Source: an uncultured Veillonellaceae bacterium | GTDB lineage: Bacteria; Bacillota; Negativicutes; UBA1444 | Assembly: GCA_964521625.1 (NCBI GenBank) | Contig: CAZFSM010000019.1 | Coordinates: forward strand, 4,546 to 68,545 | Direction: 5' to 3' | DNA: 64,000 bases | Part shown: positions 48,865 through 58,857 of the stretch, piece by piece | How the letters are laid out: every line of letters begins with the position of its first letter | Position numbering within the stretch: the stretch's first letter is position 1 | Notes under the pieces: model-generated | Told to the model about the DNA's origin: nothing | What the model saw: only the letters and a program-made list of their open reading frames with translations | The model's database searches: none | Translations under genes and position numbers: made by a program

Positions 48865-50262
48865 TTGCCGCAACGCATTAGAGGAACGATTGTTATTCAG
48901 CAATGGAAGTGGATTTTGGTATCGACTGCGCCGCTGTTCTGTTATTTTGGCTTGGATTGTCTTGGATTTCAGGAAACATACCGATGGTTTTTTTCGATAA
49001 CCCTCTGGGCTGCTTTTGCCTGGGCATTCGAAATTCTTCCGGATTCAATCGTCGGTCTGTTGGCGCCGGTGCTGTTCATTTTGCTGAAAATGGGTTCCCC
49101 GGCTCAAATACTCAGTCCATGGCTAACGGGTGTGCCTTGGACCATTTTGGGAGGTTTGGCTGTCGGAGCGGTAATGCTGAACACCGGATTGGCAAAACGT
49201 CTGGCGTTTTGGTGCGTTTTGCCGTTCGGATCTTCATTTACAGCTATTCTAACAGGGTTAATGTTGGCGGGCATGATGATTGCTCCGTTTATGCCGTCAG
49301 CTCTTGGGAAGATGGCAATTATGAGCATAATCGGTATCGGCGTATGCGATGTTCTGCAGTTACAACCCAAGTCTAGGGCGGCGTCCGCTGTAATGTTGAC
49401 TTGCTTCTTCGCCGTTTCCTGCCCGGCCTTAAGTTACGCGACAGGTGGTTTGCATGTGGCGATAGCCGTGGGCTTTTTAGGCAAGGTAACTTCGGGTGGT
49501 TTGGGTTGGCTGGATTATGCATACCACAATTGGATTATAGGGATGGTATTCTCCATCGCTTCAATAATACTGGTGATCTTTCTTTTGAAACCGGAACATC
49601 CAATAGAAGAAGCCGGAACCATCCGGGCCAGATATGAGCAAATGGGAAGTGTTAGCGCACCGGAAAAGCGGACGCTCACAATACTTGCGCTAATCATGTT
49701 AGGGTTTGTCACTGATCGTATTCATGGTTTGGATCCTGCATGGATCATGGTTCTGGCTACCGTGTCCTTCTTTCTGCCCGGAATTCGTCTTATGGACGGG
49801 GAAAAATTCGGACGCCTGGCTTTTCCCTTGTTGTTTTTTATTACAGGTGCGATGTCGATCGGTGCAACGGCTACATTTCTCGGAGTATCTCGCTGGATTG
49901 CGGAAGGCCTTATTCCGATGCTGTCCGATTCATCCTTTTTTGCAGTGCTTGTCGCATATGGATTCGGTGTGGTGTCTTCGTTTTTTATTCAGTCGGTGGC
50001 ATTGGCCGGCTTGTTTACTCCGCCTTTGATTGATGCCGCATTACAACTTGGCGTTAGTCCCCATGCGATTGTCTATAGTTTTTTGCGTGGAACTGACCAG
50101 GCTATTTTCCCTTATCAATTTGCGGTGCTTGCCTATGTCTGCAGTTTTGGATATATCAGTTACCGTCATGTGATTCTTGTGATGAGTATTCGTACGGTTG
50201 TCGACACCTGTTTGTTTATCGGAGTGGCCTACCCATACTGGAAATGGATAGGGATGGTTTGA
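48865..50262 (+). CDS. Anion permease of the ArsB/NhaD (DASS/CitT-like) superfamily
   Basis: TTG start 6 nt after AGGGAGGG. Polytopic (about 12 TM) with two repeated permease halves typical of the IT superfamily. Confidence 0.65.
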   Translation: MPQRIRGTIVIQQWKWILVSTAPLFCYFGLDCLGFQETYRWFFSITLWAAFAWAFEILPDSIVGLLAPVLFILLKMGSPAQILSPWLTGVPWTILGGLAVGAVMLNTGLAKRLAFWCVLPFGSSFTAILTGLMLAGMMIAPFMPSALGKMAIMSIIGIGVCDVLQLQPKSRAASAVMLTCFFAVSCPALSYATGGLHVAIAVGFLGKVTSGGLGWLDYAYHNWIIGMVFSIASIILVIFLLKPEHPIEEAGTIRARYEQMGSVSAPEKRTLTILALIMLGFVTDRIHGLDPAWIMVLATVSFFLPGIRLMDGEKFGRLAFPLLFFITGAMSIGATATFLGVSRWIAEGLIPMLSDSSFFAVLVAYGFGVVSSFFIQSVALAGLFTPPLIDAALQLGVSPHAIVYSFLRGTDQAIFPYQFAVLAYVCSFGYISYRHVILVMSIRTVVDTCLFIGVAYPYWKWIGMV

Positions 50263-50267
50263 GCCTG

Positions 50268-51038
50268 TCAGATTATCGTGTAGCCGTTCTTGGCAAATAT
50301 TTTATTCACCGAATTGAAAGCTGAAACCGGCGTGTAAGCCCCTGTGACCAATCCGAGAGGGATACTGCAAATTTCTATTTTGAATTTTACTCCCTCTGCA
50401 ATAATTTCAATGATGTGAACATTGCCCTCAGAATCAGGATCCGCGATAATCCGAGACTGGGTTTTGTCAAAACCCAGTCCGGCAATAGCGATACTGGCGT
50501 GTACGTTCACGTTTCTTGGATAGAGTCTGCACGCTTCACGAGTCGGTCCTTCAAATAGAACGGTTCGCACTGTTTCGGTTCTGCCCAGGTTAGCCGGTTT
50601 TTTGATGGTTGTGATCATGACCGATTCAAGTTTTTCTCTGCCGTCCCTGATTCCATCCAAACCCAGGATAGCGCCGTGTGGAACATAAATTTTGCGGGAA
50701 AACCTGCTGCATAACGCAAGAGCCTTCGCTTCAAACTCTGCATCAGCAAAAGCCGTTGTCGAAAACACGACCATATCTGCGTATTCCAGAATTATCGGCG
50801 CCAAAGCTTGGACAGCCTGTTGCGTCGCTGTTTCGATGACAAGGTCGATTTTTCCATTGGAGAGTAATTTCGCAAGTTCCTCAGGTGCATTGACCGCCAA
50901 ATGATTCGGCACAGTTTTTGCCGTTTCCGGATTGGCTTCGTATACGCATGTGATTTCAATCTCGTTTTGTGCGCGCAGGTGTTGGAATAAATACTGGCCT
51001 ATTGTACCAAAGCCGATCAATGCAACTTGTTTCTTCAT
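50268..51038 (-). CDS. Aspartate dehydrogenase-family (NadX-like) NAD(P)-dependent oxidoreductase
   Basis: N-terminal Rossmann motif VALIGFGTIG and a C-terminal DUF108-like domain. 256 aa. Confidence 0.65.
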   Translation of the reverse strand: MKKQVALIGFGTIGQYLFQHLRAQNEIEITCVYEANPETAKTVPNHLAVNAPEELAKLLSNGKIDLVIETATQQAVQALAPIILEYADMVVFSTTAFADAEFEAKALALCSRFSRKIYVPHGAILGLDGIRDGREKLESVMITTIKKPANLGRTETVRTVLFEGPTREACRLYPRNVNVHASIAIAGLGFDKTQSRIIADPDSEGNVHIIEIIAEGVKFKIEICSIPLGLVTGAYTPVSAFNSVNKIFAKNGYTII

Positions 51039-52282
51039 GAAAGCGCCTCCACAGCTGAATTGTTGAACTTCTCAACATCCATTTCTCCGGACCGGGCCGC
51101 AATGATGGAAACCCCGACCAAATCACCCACCACGTTAACGGTTGTGTGCCCAATATCGATAAGCGGCCAGATCGCTGCAAGAATGGGGACAAGCGTCAGC
51201 GGCAGATTCATCGTCTGCAGAATAATGGATGACAGTACAATGCCGGCGCCCTTGACACCGGCCGTGCCCATGGAAAGTAACAGCCCGACAAGCACAAATT
51301 CCATGATGTATGCCAGTGTCAGCTCCATCCCAAAGAGATTGGCGGCAAAAACGATAATGACGCCAAGAACACAGGCCATACCGTTGGAATTGGCTGTCGC
51401 ACCAATGGTTAAACCAAATCCATAGATTTTCTCAGGCAGCTTAAGGTTTTTTTCCGCTACACTGAGATTGACCGGCAGCGTTGCTGCTGAAGATGTCGTG
51501 CTTGCGGCGATCAGGATAGAAGGCATAATAGCCTTGTAGAATTTGGTCGTGCTGATTTTACTAAGCAGCATGAACTGCAGCGGATAGACAACAAGCAATA
51601 TAATAAATAATGCTACATAGTCCGCCAGGATGAATTTGGCAACTTCCGCAAGGGCTTTGCCGCTCATGCTATGGACCATTTCACTGATCAAGGCCAGGAT
51701 TCCATAGGGTGCAAGACCCATGACAATATCTGTTACTTTGAGCATGATTTCGCTGCCTTCGTCAACAACCTTGATAACGTTTTTTACCCGGTCACCCAGG
51801 AGCAAAAGAACAACACCCAGGATGAGGGAAAAGAACAAAATTTGCATGACATTGGCTGTTGCCAACGCTTCAAACGGATTAGTCGGAATCCAATCCAGCA
51901 TATTTTTAACAAAACTAAAATCGCTGTTTTTTACTGTTTTTGCTGAATTTTGCAAGAAACCGGCCATGTCTTTGCCGGGGGCAATAATCAGTGCAACGCA
52001 GAGTCCGATGACGACAGATAGAAGTGAAGTTACAGCGTAATAAAAAAGCAGTTTGCTGCCGACTGCCTTCAGGTTGCTGACATCCTCCATTTTTGTGATA
52101 CCGCTGACAATGGTAAAGAAGATAACGGGGGCGATCAACATCTTGAGAAGTCTGAGAAATGCTTCACCGATAGGTACCATGATAAAGGAAATTTTAGCTC
52201 CTGCGGTCATACCGAGAACGATTCCAAGAACGATACAGACAAAAATTTTTACATAGAGTTCTTGTTTAAACCACCATTTCAT
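51035..52282 (-). CDS. Dicarboxylate/amino acid:cation symporter (DAACS family, GltP/DctA-like)
   Basis: Conserved SDHC/DAACS topology and blocks (LLKMLIAPVIFFTIVSGI..., NMDGT-like region). Confidence 0.85.
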   Translation of the reverse strand: MKWWFKQELYVKIFVCIVLGIVLGMTAGAKISFIMVPIGEAFLRLLKMLIAPVIFFTIVSGITKMEDVSNLKAVGSKLLFYYAVTSLLSVVIGLCVALIIAPGKDMAGFLQNSAKTVKNSDFSFVKNMLDWIPTNPFEALATANVMQILFFSLILGVVLLLLGDRVKNVIKVVDEGSEIMLKVTDIVMGLAPYGILALISEMVHSMSGKALAEVAKFILADYVALFIILLVVYPLQFMLLSKISTTKFYKAIMPSILIAASTTSSAATLPVNLSVAEKNLKLPEKIYGFGLTIGATANSNGMACVLGVIIVFAANLFGMELTLAYIMEFVLVGLLLSMGTAGVKGAGIVLSSIILQTMNLPLTLVPILAAIWPLIDIGHTTVNVVGDLVGVSIIAARSGEMDVEKFNNSAVEALS

Positions 52283-52311
52283 CGTGTTGAAGCCCCTTTC
52301 ATCCCATATTA

Positions 52312-53526
52312 TTATTTGCGATGCTGTTCCATGACCTTGATGATCCGGTCGATTGCAGCAATGGCCGCCTGGTGGTTTTGCGAAAAGTTGATCCGGAAAC
52401 TATCGGTGAACTGTGAACCAAATTCGGTACCGGGTGTTACGGTTACATCGGCCTGCAGGCGCAAAATTCGGACAAATTCTTTGAGGGTAACATCCAATTC
52501 CGGAACTCTGGGGAAGAGATAACTGCCTGCTTCCGGCGTTCTCGCCTTAACCCCCTCCACTGCGCGAAGCTGCGTCAACAAATCATCACGAATGGCCTGG
52601 TGCTGGGCAATCCGCTGCTTCATCCAGCCTTCCGGCTCGGCAAACCAAGATTTCATCACCGCCTGACTATAGCCGCCAGCCCGCAGGGACACAATGGCCT
52701 GCAGTTTTTCCATACGGTCAATGATTGTAGCGGAGCCAAAGGCGACACCCAACCGATAGCCGCTGAGCGACTCAGTTTTCGACGGGCCCGTGATGGTGAT
52801 TAACTTTTCGGGGTCGATCAAATTTTGTGCGCATAGGTGAGTGTATGTTCGCTCTTCAAAAATCTGACGCGAATATAGTTCATCCGCAATGACTGTTGCT
52901 CCGTACTTTTGCGCCAGTTCACCAATTCCACGAATCTCTGCCGGTGAATAGATTACGCCGGTCGGATTATTGGGGTTGGAGAACAAAAACAGTTTGGCGC
53001 CGCCTTTAAAAGCGCCTTCCAGCTGGTTCAGGTCCAGGCCTGCGCAATCGGTCGCGTTATAATAGTCCATCTGAATCGGCACGACTTCACCGTCAAAAAA
53101 TTCGACAAGCTTTCGATTGGCAAAATAGTCCGGTGCTACGATAGCCACTTTTTCGCCTCGGGCAACGGCGGAACCCATAGCAAGAAACAAGGCGCCCTGT
53201 GTTCCAGGCGTGATGATGATATTTCTGTCTGAATGAATCGATGTTCCGGTGAATTTTGCAAGCTTTTGAGCAGCATCCTCGCGAATTGTTTTGCTGCCGC
53301 GATATTCGGTGTAGGCTTGCTTGCCACCAAGGTGAACGCCTGCGGTAAAGAAATCCAGGGAACCGGGAATTGGCTCAAAAGCATCCACGTCGCCGTGTGA
53401 AAAATCAATCGGCGTTCCAGAGAGCTTTTCTCCACGCAGCTTGATCTCATCCGTGTTTTGCTGCGCCTCCTGTCCCGGGGCATTTTCAACACCAAGTTTT
53501 AAAAATTTTTCATTCAGTAAATCCAA
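52312..53526 (-). CDS. Class I/II PLP-dependent aminotransferase (aspartate aminotransferase-like)
   Basis: Apparent TTG start with RBS GAGGAAAA. The PLP-binding Lys sits in the SKTESLSGYRLG block. 404 aa. Confidence 0.8.
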   Translation of the reverse strand: MDLLNEKFLKLGVENAPGQEAQQNTDEIKLRGEKLSGTPIDFSHGDVDAFEPIPGSLDFFTAGVHLGGKQAYTEYRGSKTIREDAAQKLAKFTGTSIHSDRNIIITPGTQGALFLAMGSAVARGEKVAIVAPDYFANRKLVEFFDGEVVPIQMDYYNATDCAGLDLNQLEGAFKGGAKLFLFSNPNNPTGVIYSPAEIRGIGELAQKYGATVIADELYSRQIFEERTYTHLCAQNLIDPEKLITITGPSKTESLSGYRLGVAFGSATIIDRMEKLQAIVSLRAGGYSQAVMKSWFAEPEGWMKQRIAQHQAIRDDLLTQLRAVEGVKARTPEAGSYLFPRVPELDVTLKEFVRILRLQADVTVTPGTEFGSQFTDSFRINFSQNHQAAIAAIDRIIKVMEQHRK

Positions 53527-53763
53527 TGTCTTTTCCTCACTTTCACGTTTTGTACCGATTGGAGTTCGATGGTTTAATAATAGGGATTTTTGTTCACGGG
53601 TTGCAAATACCTAAAATCGTATGAGACTATATCGTTTTTTCTATAGCAGGAAAAGAGGGGAAATAAGATTATATGTAAAACTTAATAAAATGCTGAATAG
53701 TTAAACCCAAAGTAAATGCTGATTGGGATGAGTGCTTGTTGCACTTGGGAGTAAGAGCGGTTT

Positions 53764-54717
53764 ATGTATAAATACATGAATTATGTTAATGCAGTGTATT
53801 TAAATAGAAGTTTTTCTAAGGCGGCTGAGAAGTTATATATTTCTCAACCGGCGCTTAGTGCTGCAATAAAAAAGGTGGAAGAAGAAATCGGGCTTCCAAT
53901 TTTTGATCGAAGCAGTAACCCGATACAACTCACACCGGCTGGTGAATATTATATTGAATCCATCGAACAGATTATGAGAATCGAAAAAGAAATGGCGACG
54001 CATTTCGCTAGTTTGCTGGGTAATAATCGCGAGATGATCCAGGTAGGAAGCGCTTCGTTTTTCTGTGCGTATGTTTTGCCAACGATTATTCAAGAATTTA
54101 AGCTCGAATATCCAGGTTATATGGTAAATCTGCTGGAGGCGAATGCGGACGATCTTGTTAAATGCCTTCGGACGGGAAGCATTGATATTATTTTGGATGT
54201 AGAAAAATTGGACCCCAATATCTTCAATTCTATGGTGTGGGCGGAAGAACAAATTGTCCTGGCGGTGCCGTCTGCTTATGAAGTGAACAGACGTTTGGAA
54301 AACTATCGTCTGACATTTGAAGAGGTTGGCAGTGGACAATATCTGGATCAAAGATACCCTGCGGTAAGCCTGAAAGAGTTTGCTGACGAAACGTTTCTGC
54401 TGTTGAAACAAGGGAATGACATGTACGAGAGAAGCTTGAAAATGTTCAGGAAAGCAGGCTTTACTCCCCATGTTGCCATGTATTTGGATCAATTGCTTAC
54501 CGCCTATTATATTGCTTGTAGCGGTAAAGGAATCGCTTTTGTGCGTGCGGGGATTACGAATTACCTGGATCCGACCAACAAATTGTATTTCTATAAAATC
54601 GATGATGAAAATTCCACTCGTAATATCATGATGTATTACAAAAAAGCGCAACCGCTTTCGAAAATTGGCAGGGATTTTATTAAGTTTCTACAAGAAAGGA
54701 AGCTCATTACCGGCTGA
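53764..54717 (+). CDS. LysR-family transcriptional regulator, divergent from the aminotransferase operon
   Basis: N-terminal wHTH (SFSKAAEKLYISQPALSAAIKKVEEEIGLPIFDR) and a C-terminal LysR substrate-binding domain. Confidence 0.9.
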   Translation: MYKYMNYVNAVYLNRSFSKAAEKLYISQPALSAAIKKVEEEIGLPIFDRSSNPIQLTPAGEYYIESIEQIMRIEKEMATHFASLLGNNREMIQVGSASFFCAYVLPTIIQEFKLEYPGYMVNLLEANADDLVKCLRTGSIDIILDVEKLDPNIFNSMVWAEEQIVLAVPSAYEVNRRLENYRLTFEEVGSGQYLDQRYPAVSLKEFADETFLLLKQGNDMYERSLKMFRKAGFTPHVAMYLDQLLTAYYIACSGKGIAFVRAGITNYLDPTNKLYFYKIDDENSTRNIMMYYKKAQPLSKIGRDFIKFLQERKLITG

Positions 54718-55009
54718 AAGCAAACTCGATAACCCTTGGCGCTTCTTACCTCACTATCGCGACAATTGGCAAAACAGCTTAGATCGAACAAATATTATAC
54801 TGAGGCAGTAATTAGTGCAGCACATAGGCGCGTTGGATTTGTAAGGCGTCGTGAAAATGCTTCTAGTTGGATTGAGCTGTCCCCCGAAAGTTGGTCCCGT
54901 TATTTTGCATCTTACCCTGCAAAAACAGCCTCATAGCATTGTTCTCTTGTGACGTTTTAATCATTGCGAGTACACTGAGTGTAATAACGGTGCAAGGAGA
55001 GATAATACT

Positions 55010-55516
55010 ATGAAAACTATTGCAGGCGCCATCTTCAATACTCCCTGGTGGGTATTTCCATTGCTCGGATACTTAATCGTATTAGGCATTCAATCGCTGC
55101 GCACGCGAACCGTTTCTATATATAAATTATTTGTCATGCCGGTCATTTTTCTGGGAATTTCATTTTACACATTGCTGGCAGCCACGCCCGACTATATCGT
55201 GATCAGCTGTTGGATAGCGGCAATGGTGCTAGGAGGTGCGTTCGGTTTTTTTCAACTTGTTCACACGAACATTCAAGTGGATGCCAGACGTTTTCTCATC
55301 CAGATACCGGGCAGTGGGAGCAATCTAATTGTCATGTTGCTGATTTTTTCTTCAAGGTATTATTTTGGCTATGATCTGGCAGTCAACCCACAACATAATG
55401 ACGTAATCGAATATAAAATCATAAGGTTTGCAATATCCGGATTGCTTACCGGCTATTTGCAAGGGAAATTACTGGGTTATCTTTATCATTACAAAAAAGC
55501 CTCAGAACTTGGTTAA
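55010..55516 (+). CDS. Hypothetical integral membrane protein (4-5 TM, possibly DUF1453/CcdC-like)
   Basis: RBS AAGGAGAG. A hydrophobic 168-aa protein. The family assignment is tentative. Confidence 0.5.
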   Translation: MKTIAGAIFNTPWWVFPLLGYLIVLGIQSLRTRTVSIYKLFVMPVIFLGISFYTLLAATPDYIVISCWIAAMVLGGAFGFFQLVHTNIQVDARRFLIQIPGSGSNLIVMLLIFSSRYYFGYDLAVNPQHNDVIEYKIIRFAISGLLTGYLQGKLLGYLYHYKKASELG

Positions 55517-55576
55517 AAATCAAAACGTCACAGGATCGATTTTAAGGCTGGTTGAAACGCGAGTGAATGTAACTGT

Positions 55577-55610
55577 ACCGGGCTATTTGTCCCGGTCTTT
55601 TGCTTTTTTA
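55577..55610 (+). terminator. Intrinsic terminator
   Basis: ACCGGGCtatttgtCCCGGT followed by CTTTTGCTTTTTT. Confidence 0.8.
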
Positions 55611-55716
55611 TCGTCACCGAAAAAAAACTTCAGGTTTTATTCGCTTTACATGGGGTGATTCATCCGTTATACTATAAAAGCAAACATATGTTCTTGATAA
55701 TAGGAGGAGATTTACT

Positions 55717-56127
55717 GTGGAAAAGGAAATGATCGGCAAGGCAACGGAATTACTGGCGAAATGCGAGGTAGTGACACTGGCATCCATCAACGACGAGGGC
55801 TATCCGCGCATTTGCGTCATGGCCAAGGTCCGGGCGGAGGGAATCCAGACGATCTGGATGGCTACCGGCAGCCACTCCGCCAAAACGGGCCACTTTCAAA
55901 AGAATCCCAAAGCCAGCGTCTGCTTTTTTTCCAGCGGCGACAGCGTCACACTGCTGGGCGAAATTAAAATTGTGCATGACGCGGCGATAAAGCAGGAGTT
56001 GTGGCAGGATTGGTTTATTGCGCATTTCCCCCAAGGCGCAACCGATCCGGAATACTGCATTTTGCGGTTTGATGCTCAGGTGGCGACCTGCTGGATCGAA
56101 CAATGTTTTGAAACCCATCGCTTATAA
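55717..56127 (+). CDS. Pyridoxamine 5'-phosphate oxidase-like FMN-binding split-barrel protein
   Basis: GTG start 9 nt after AGGAGG. Typical PNPOx-like fold blocks (VVTLASINDEGYPRICVM...ASVCFFS). Confidence 0.75.
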   Translation: MEKEMIGKATELLAKCEVVTLASINDEGYPRICVMAKVRAEGIQTIWMATGSHSAKTGHFQKNPKASVCFFSSGDSVTLLGEIKIVHDAAIKQELWQDWFIAHFPQGATDPEYCILRFDAQVATCWIEQCFETHRL

Positions 56128-56177
56128 GCGGCACTTGCCGAGTGCAACCCTATCGTCGCCAATCGCCAACCACTTTT

Positions 56178-56204
56178 AACTCGCGAATGACGCGAGTTTT
56201 TTTG
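56178..56204 (+). terminator. Intrinsic terminator
   Basis: AACTCGCGaatgaCGCGAGTT followed by TTTTTTG. Confidence 0.85.
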
Positions 56205-56305
56205 TGTCAATGGCAGTTATTAACAGGGATTTGTTTTGTGCTGTCGAAGTAAAATATTGCGATTATTCTGCGTTTTAACTTTCGATATGCGAAAAGGAGG
56301 GTGCC

Positions 56306-58420
56306 GTGAAATCGTTCTTAATAGACTTCCTGAAAAACAAATCGGTCCGTGGTTTGATCGTGCTGATTTTTACTGTAGGGATATTATTTTTTGCGATGAT
56401 CACAGGGTATCTATCCTATACAACCGGCTTGCGCAACATAGAGGAAAACGCCAAGCGAGTTGCTTCCATCGTGAATGACGATATTGCAAAAATGTTGGCG
56501 CATTATTTGGCAGAGCCGCTTCTGCTTGAACAAATTCATCACAATGTAATTACAAACAAACAGATCGATTTTGCGAATCAAGCGCAACGGGACAAGCACT
56601 TTGTAGAAATGCTCAAGCTGTTTCCCCGAGTTACCAACAACTACTTGTGCCTTGCAGGCGGTGATGAATATGGCGCCCGTCGGGAAGATGACGGTAGTTT
56701 CATCGTTTGGGACAGCAATGTTGAGAAAAAAACGCTTGATTACTATAAATACGATACAAAACTGGGCCGTCAGGGCTACATAAAAAGCCTGACAGCGTAT
56801 GATACCCGCCTTCGGCCTCCCTATTTGAAAGGTAGCGAGATGAAGCAACCGGGCTGGACCGATGTATATGCATCTGCAACTGGGCGCGGTCTTGTGATCA
56901 CCGGAATCAACCCGATTTATTCTTCAGACAGTCAACTGGCGGGAGTTTTGGGCAGTTCCATGTTACTTAATTGGATTGACGATTTGCTAAAAGATCTGAC
57001 TATCACAGAAAATGCTTCCATTTTTATCGTATCAAGGAAGGGCATGTATATTGCATCTACACTCGGCAACTCCAGTGAAAATCCGCTATTTGCCCAAGCC
57101 GTCGCCGCTTTGAAAGGAAACACGCAAACGTTGGATGCCGTCAATCACAAAATAGACTTACAGTTCGTCTATAATGGCAATAAAATGCTGCTACTGGCCT
57201 ACCCGATTACCGATGTGAAAAACCTGCAATGGATCAGCATTATCATTATTCCCGAAGGTGACCTGATCTATTCGATGGAAAAGTTTATCAATCAGTTGGA
57301 ATTAATCACACTGCTGGCTTGTATTATTGGCCTTGTTGCAGGGGTATTGGCTGCCCGCCATATTATCAATCCAATTATCAAAGTGAATCGAGTGGCGCAG
57401 AAAATAGCGGAAGGCGATTTCTCCACCAAAATAGATATTCGTCGCCATGACGAAATTGGACAGTTGGTCTATACCGTGAACGATATGTCGACAAAATTGG
57501 AAACCCAACGTGAAGTAGAGAAAATAGCAATTGAAAAAGAAAAGATGATGCGGGAACAGGAGCGGTCTGTAAACAAAGCCATCAGCAGTTTCGTTCCTTA
57601 CGCGTTTTTGTACATGTTGGGCAAGCAAAATATCATGGAAATTGAGCCGGGCGACCACGTGGAAAAAGAACTCACGATCCTGTTCACGGATATTCGTTCA
57701 TACACCCAAATGTCGGAAACCATGAGCAACGTTGAGTTATTTGCATTTATCAACCAATACCTGGACATCGCGGTGGATGTGATTACCAAAAATAATGGGT
57801 TCATCGACAAATTCATTGGGGACGCCATCATGGGGTTGTTCCCGGATGGATCAGACGATGCCTTGCGAGCCGTGATCGAACTCCGGCGGCAATTGCAGCA
57901 ACGCAACCAGGAAAACAGCGGGGCGCCGATACAGATAGGCGTTGGGATCCATCACGGCAGTGTGACATTCGGCACGGTCGGAACTCGCGCGCGCATGGAT
58001 ACCACGGTAATCGGCGATTCGGTCAATCTGGCCTCGCGGCTGGAAAGCGCGACCAAAGTCTATGGGATCGATACTTTGCTGTCGGAGGCTGCTTACCATA
58101 AATTGGAGCACCCAGAATGTTTTCATATTCGTGAAGTGGATACTGTCAAAGTGAAAGGGAAGCGCCAGCCTGTGAAAATTTATGAGGTGTTTGACTGCGA
58201 CCCGGATGAACTAAAGCGATTAAAAACTGAAACTGCGCCACTATTCGCTGAGGCTATAGAACTATATAAACTGGGACATTTTATCCAGGCGGAAAAAGCT
58301 TTTCGACAATGTCAGATAAGCTGTCCGGAAGATCAACTTCTGCCGGTATATATTCAGCGCTGCAGTACGATGCAACGTATTCCACCCGGTCCGGGCTGGA
58401 AAGGGATTAGTGGAATTTAA
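56306..58420 (+). CDS. Membrane-bound class III adenylate/guanylate cyclase with an extracytoplasmic Cache-like sensor and a HAMP domain
   Basis: GTG start 5 nt after AAGGAGG. TM, then a ~280 aa periplasmic domain, TM, HAMP (KVNRVAQKIAEGDFSTKIDIRRHDEIGQL), a coiled coil, then CYCc (LTILFTDIRSYTQ...FIGDAIMGLFP...IGVGIHHGSVTFGTVG). Confidence 0.85.
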   Translation: MKSFLIDFLKNKSVRGLIVLIFTVGILFFAMITGYLSYTTGLRNIEENAKRVASIVNDDIAKMLAHYLAEPLLLEQIHHNVITNKQIDFANQAQRDKHFVEMLKLFPRVTNNYLCLAGGDEYGARREDDGSFIVWDSNVEKKTLDYYKYDTKLGRQGYIKSLTAYDTRLRPPYLKGSEMKQPGWTDVYASATGRGLVITGINPIYSSDSQLAGVLGSSMLLNWIDDLLKDLTITENASIFIVSRKGMYIASTLGNSSENPLFAQAVAALKGNTQTLDAVNHKIDLQFVYNGNKMLLLAYPITDVKNLQWISIIIIPEGDLIYSMEKFINQLELITLLACIIGLVAGVLAARHIINPIIKVNRVAQKIAEGDFSTKIDIRRHDEIGQLVYTVNDMSTKLETQREVEKIAIEKEKMMREQERSVNKAISSFVPYAFLYMLGKQNIMEIEPGDHVEKELTILFTDIRSYTQMSETMSNVELFAFINQYLDIAVDVITKNNGFIDKFIGDAIMGLFPDGSDDALRAVIELRRQLQQRNQENSGAPIQIGVGIHHGSVTFGTVGTRARMDTTVIGDSVNLASRLESATKVYGIDTLLSEAAYHKLEHPECFHIREVDTVKVKGKRQPVKIYEVFDCDPDELKRLKTETAPLFAEAIELYKLGHFIQAEKAFRQCQISCPEDQLLPVYIQRCSTMQRIPPGPGWKGISGI

Positions 58421-58443
58421 AGCAGGCGAAAGGGTGAGCAAAC

Positions 58444-58857
58444 ATGGCGTTTCTGGAATGGAACAATCAATATCTGCTGGGATTATCGGAAGTCGACAAA
58501 CAGCATCAACAACTCTTTGCGCTGGTCAATCGTCTTCATGAGCATGTAGTCAACGGCGAGCCGCAAAGCTCGGCAGGCGCCATATTGGACGAATTGATCG
58601 AATACACGGTGGAGCATTTTGCTACGGAAGAGAAACGGTTCCTAGAGGACGACTATCCACAGTATGATGAGCATAAAAATGAGCATGATCTACTGACGCG
58701 GCAAGCACTGGAGTTTCAGGAAAAATTCCGAGCCAACCAAATTATGGTGACTTTCGATTTGTTAGATTTCTTGAGTGATTGGCTAAAAAAGCATACCACC
58801 GACTCTGATTTGAAGTATGTCCAATTCGCCCGACAAAAAGCGGGAGGCGTAGTATGA
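58444..58857 (+). CDS. Hemerythrin-like (bacteriohemerythrin) O2/iron-binding protein
   Basis: FLEWNNQYLLGLSEVDKQHQ...H..EH...EE..F....Y...H..EH: His/Glu/Asp ligand spacing of the hemerythrin HHE domain. Confidence 0.85.
   Translation: MAFLEWNNQYLLGLSEVDKQHQQLFALVNRLHEHVVNGEPQSSAGAILDELIEYTVEHFATEEKRFLEDDYPQYDEHKNEHDLLTRQALEFQEKFRANQIMVTFDLLDFLSDWLKKHTTDSDLKYVQFARQKAGGVV

Noticed and set aside
54736-54936. A 66-aa ORF between lysR and the membrane protein gene
   Set aside because: No RBS and atypical composition. The region more likely holds the lysR terminator and the promoter for 55010.
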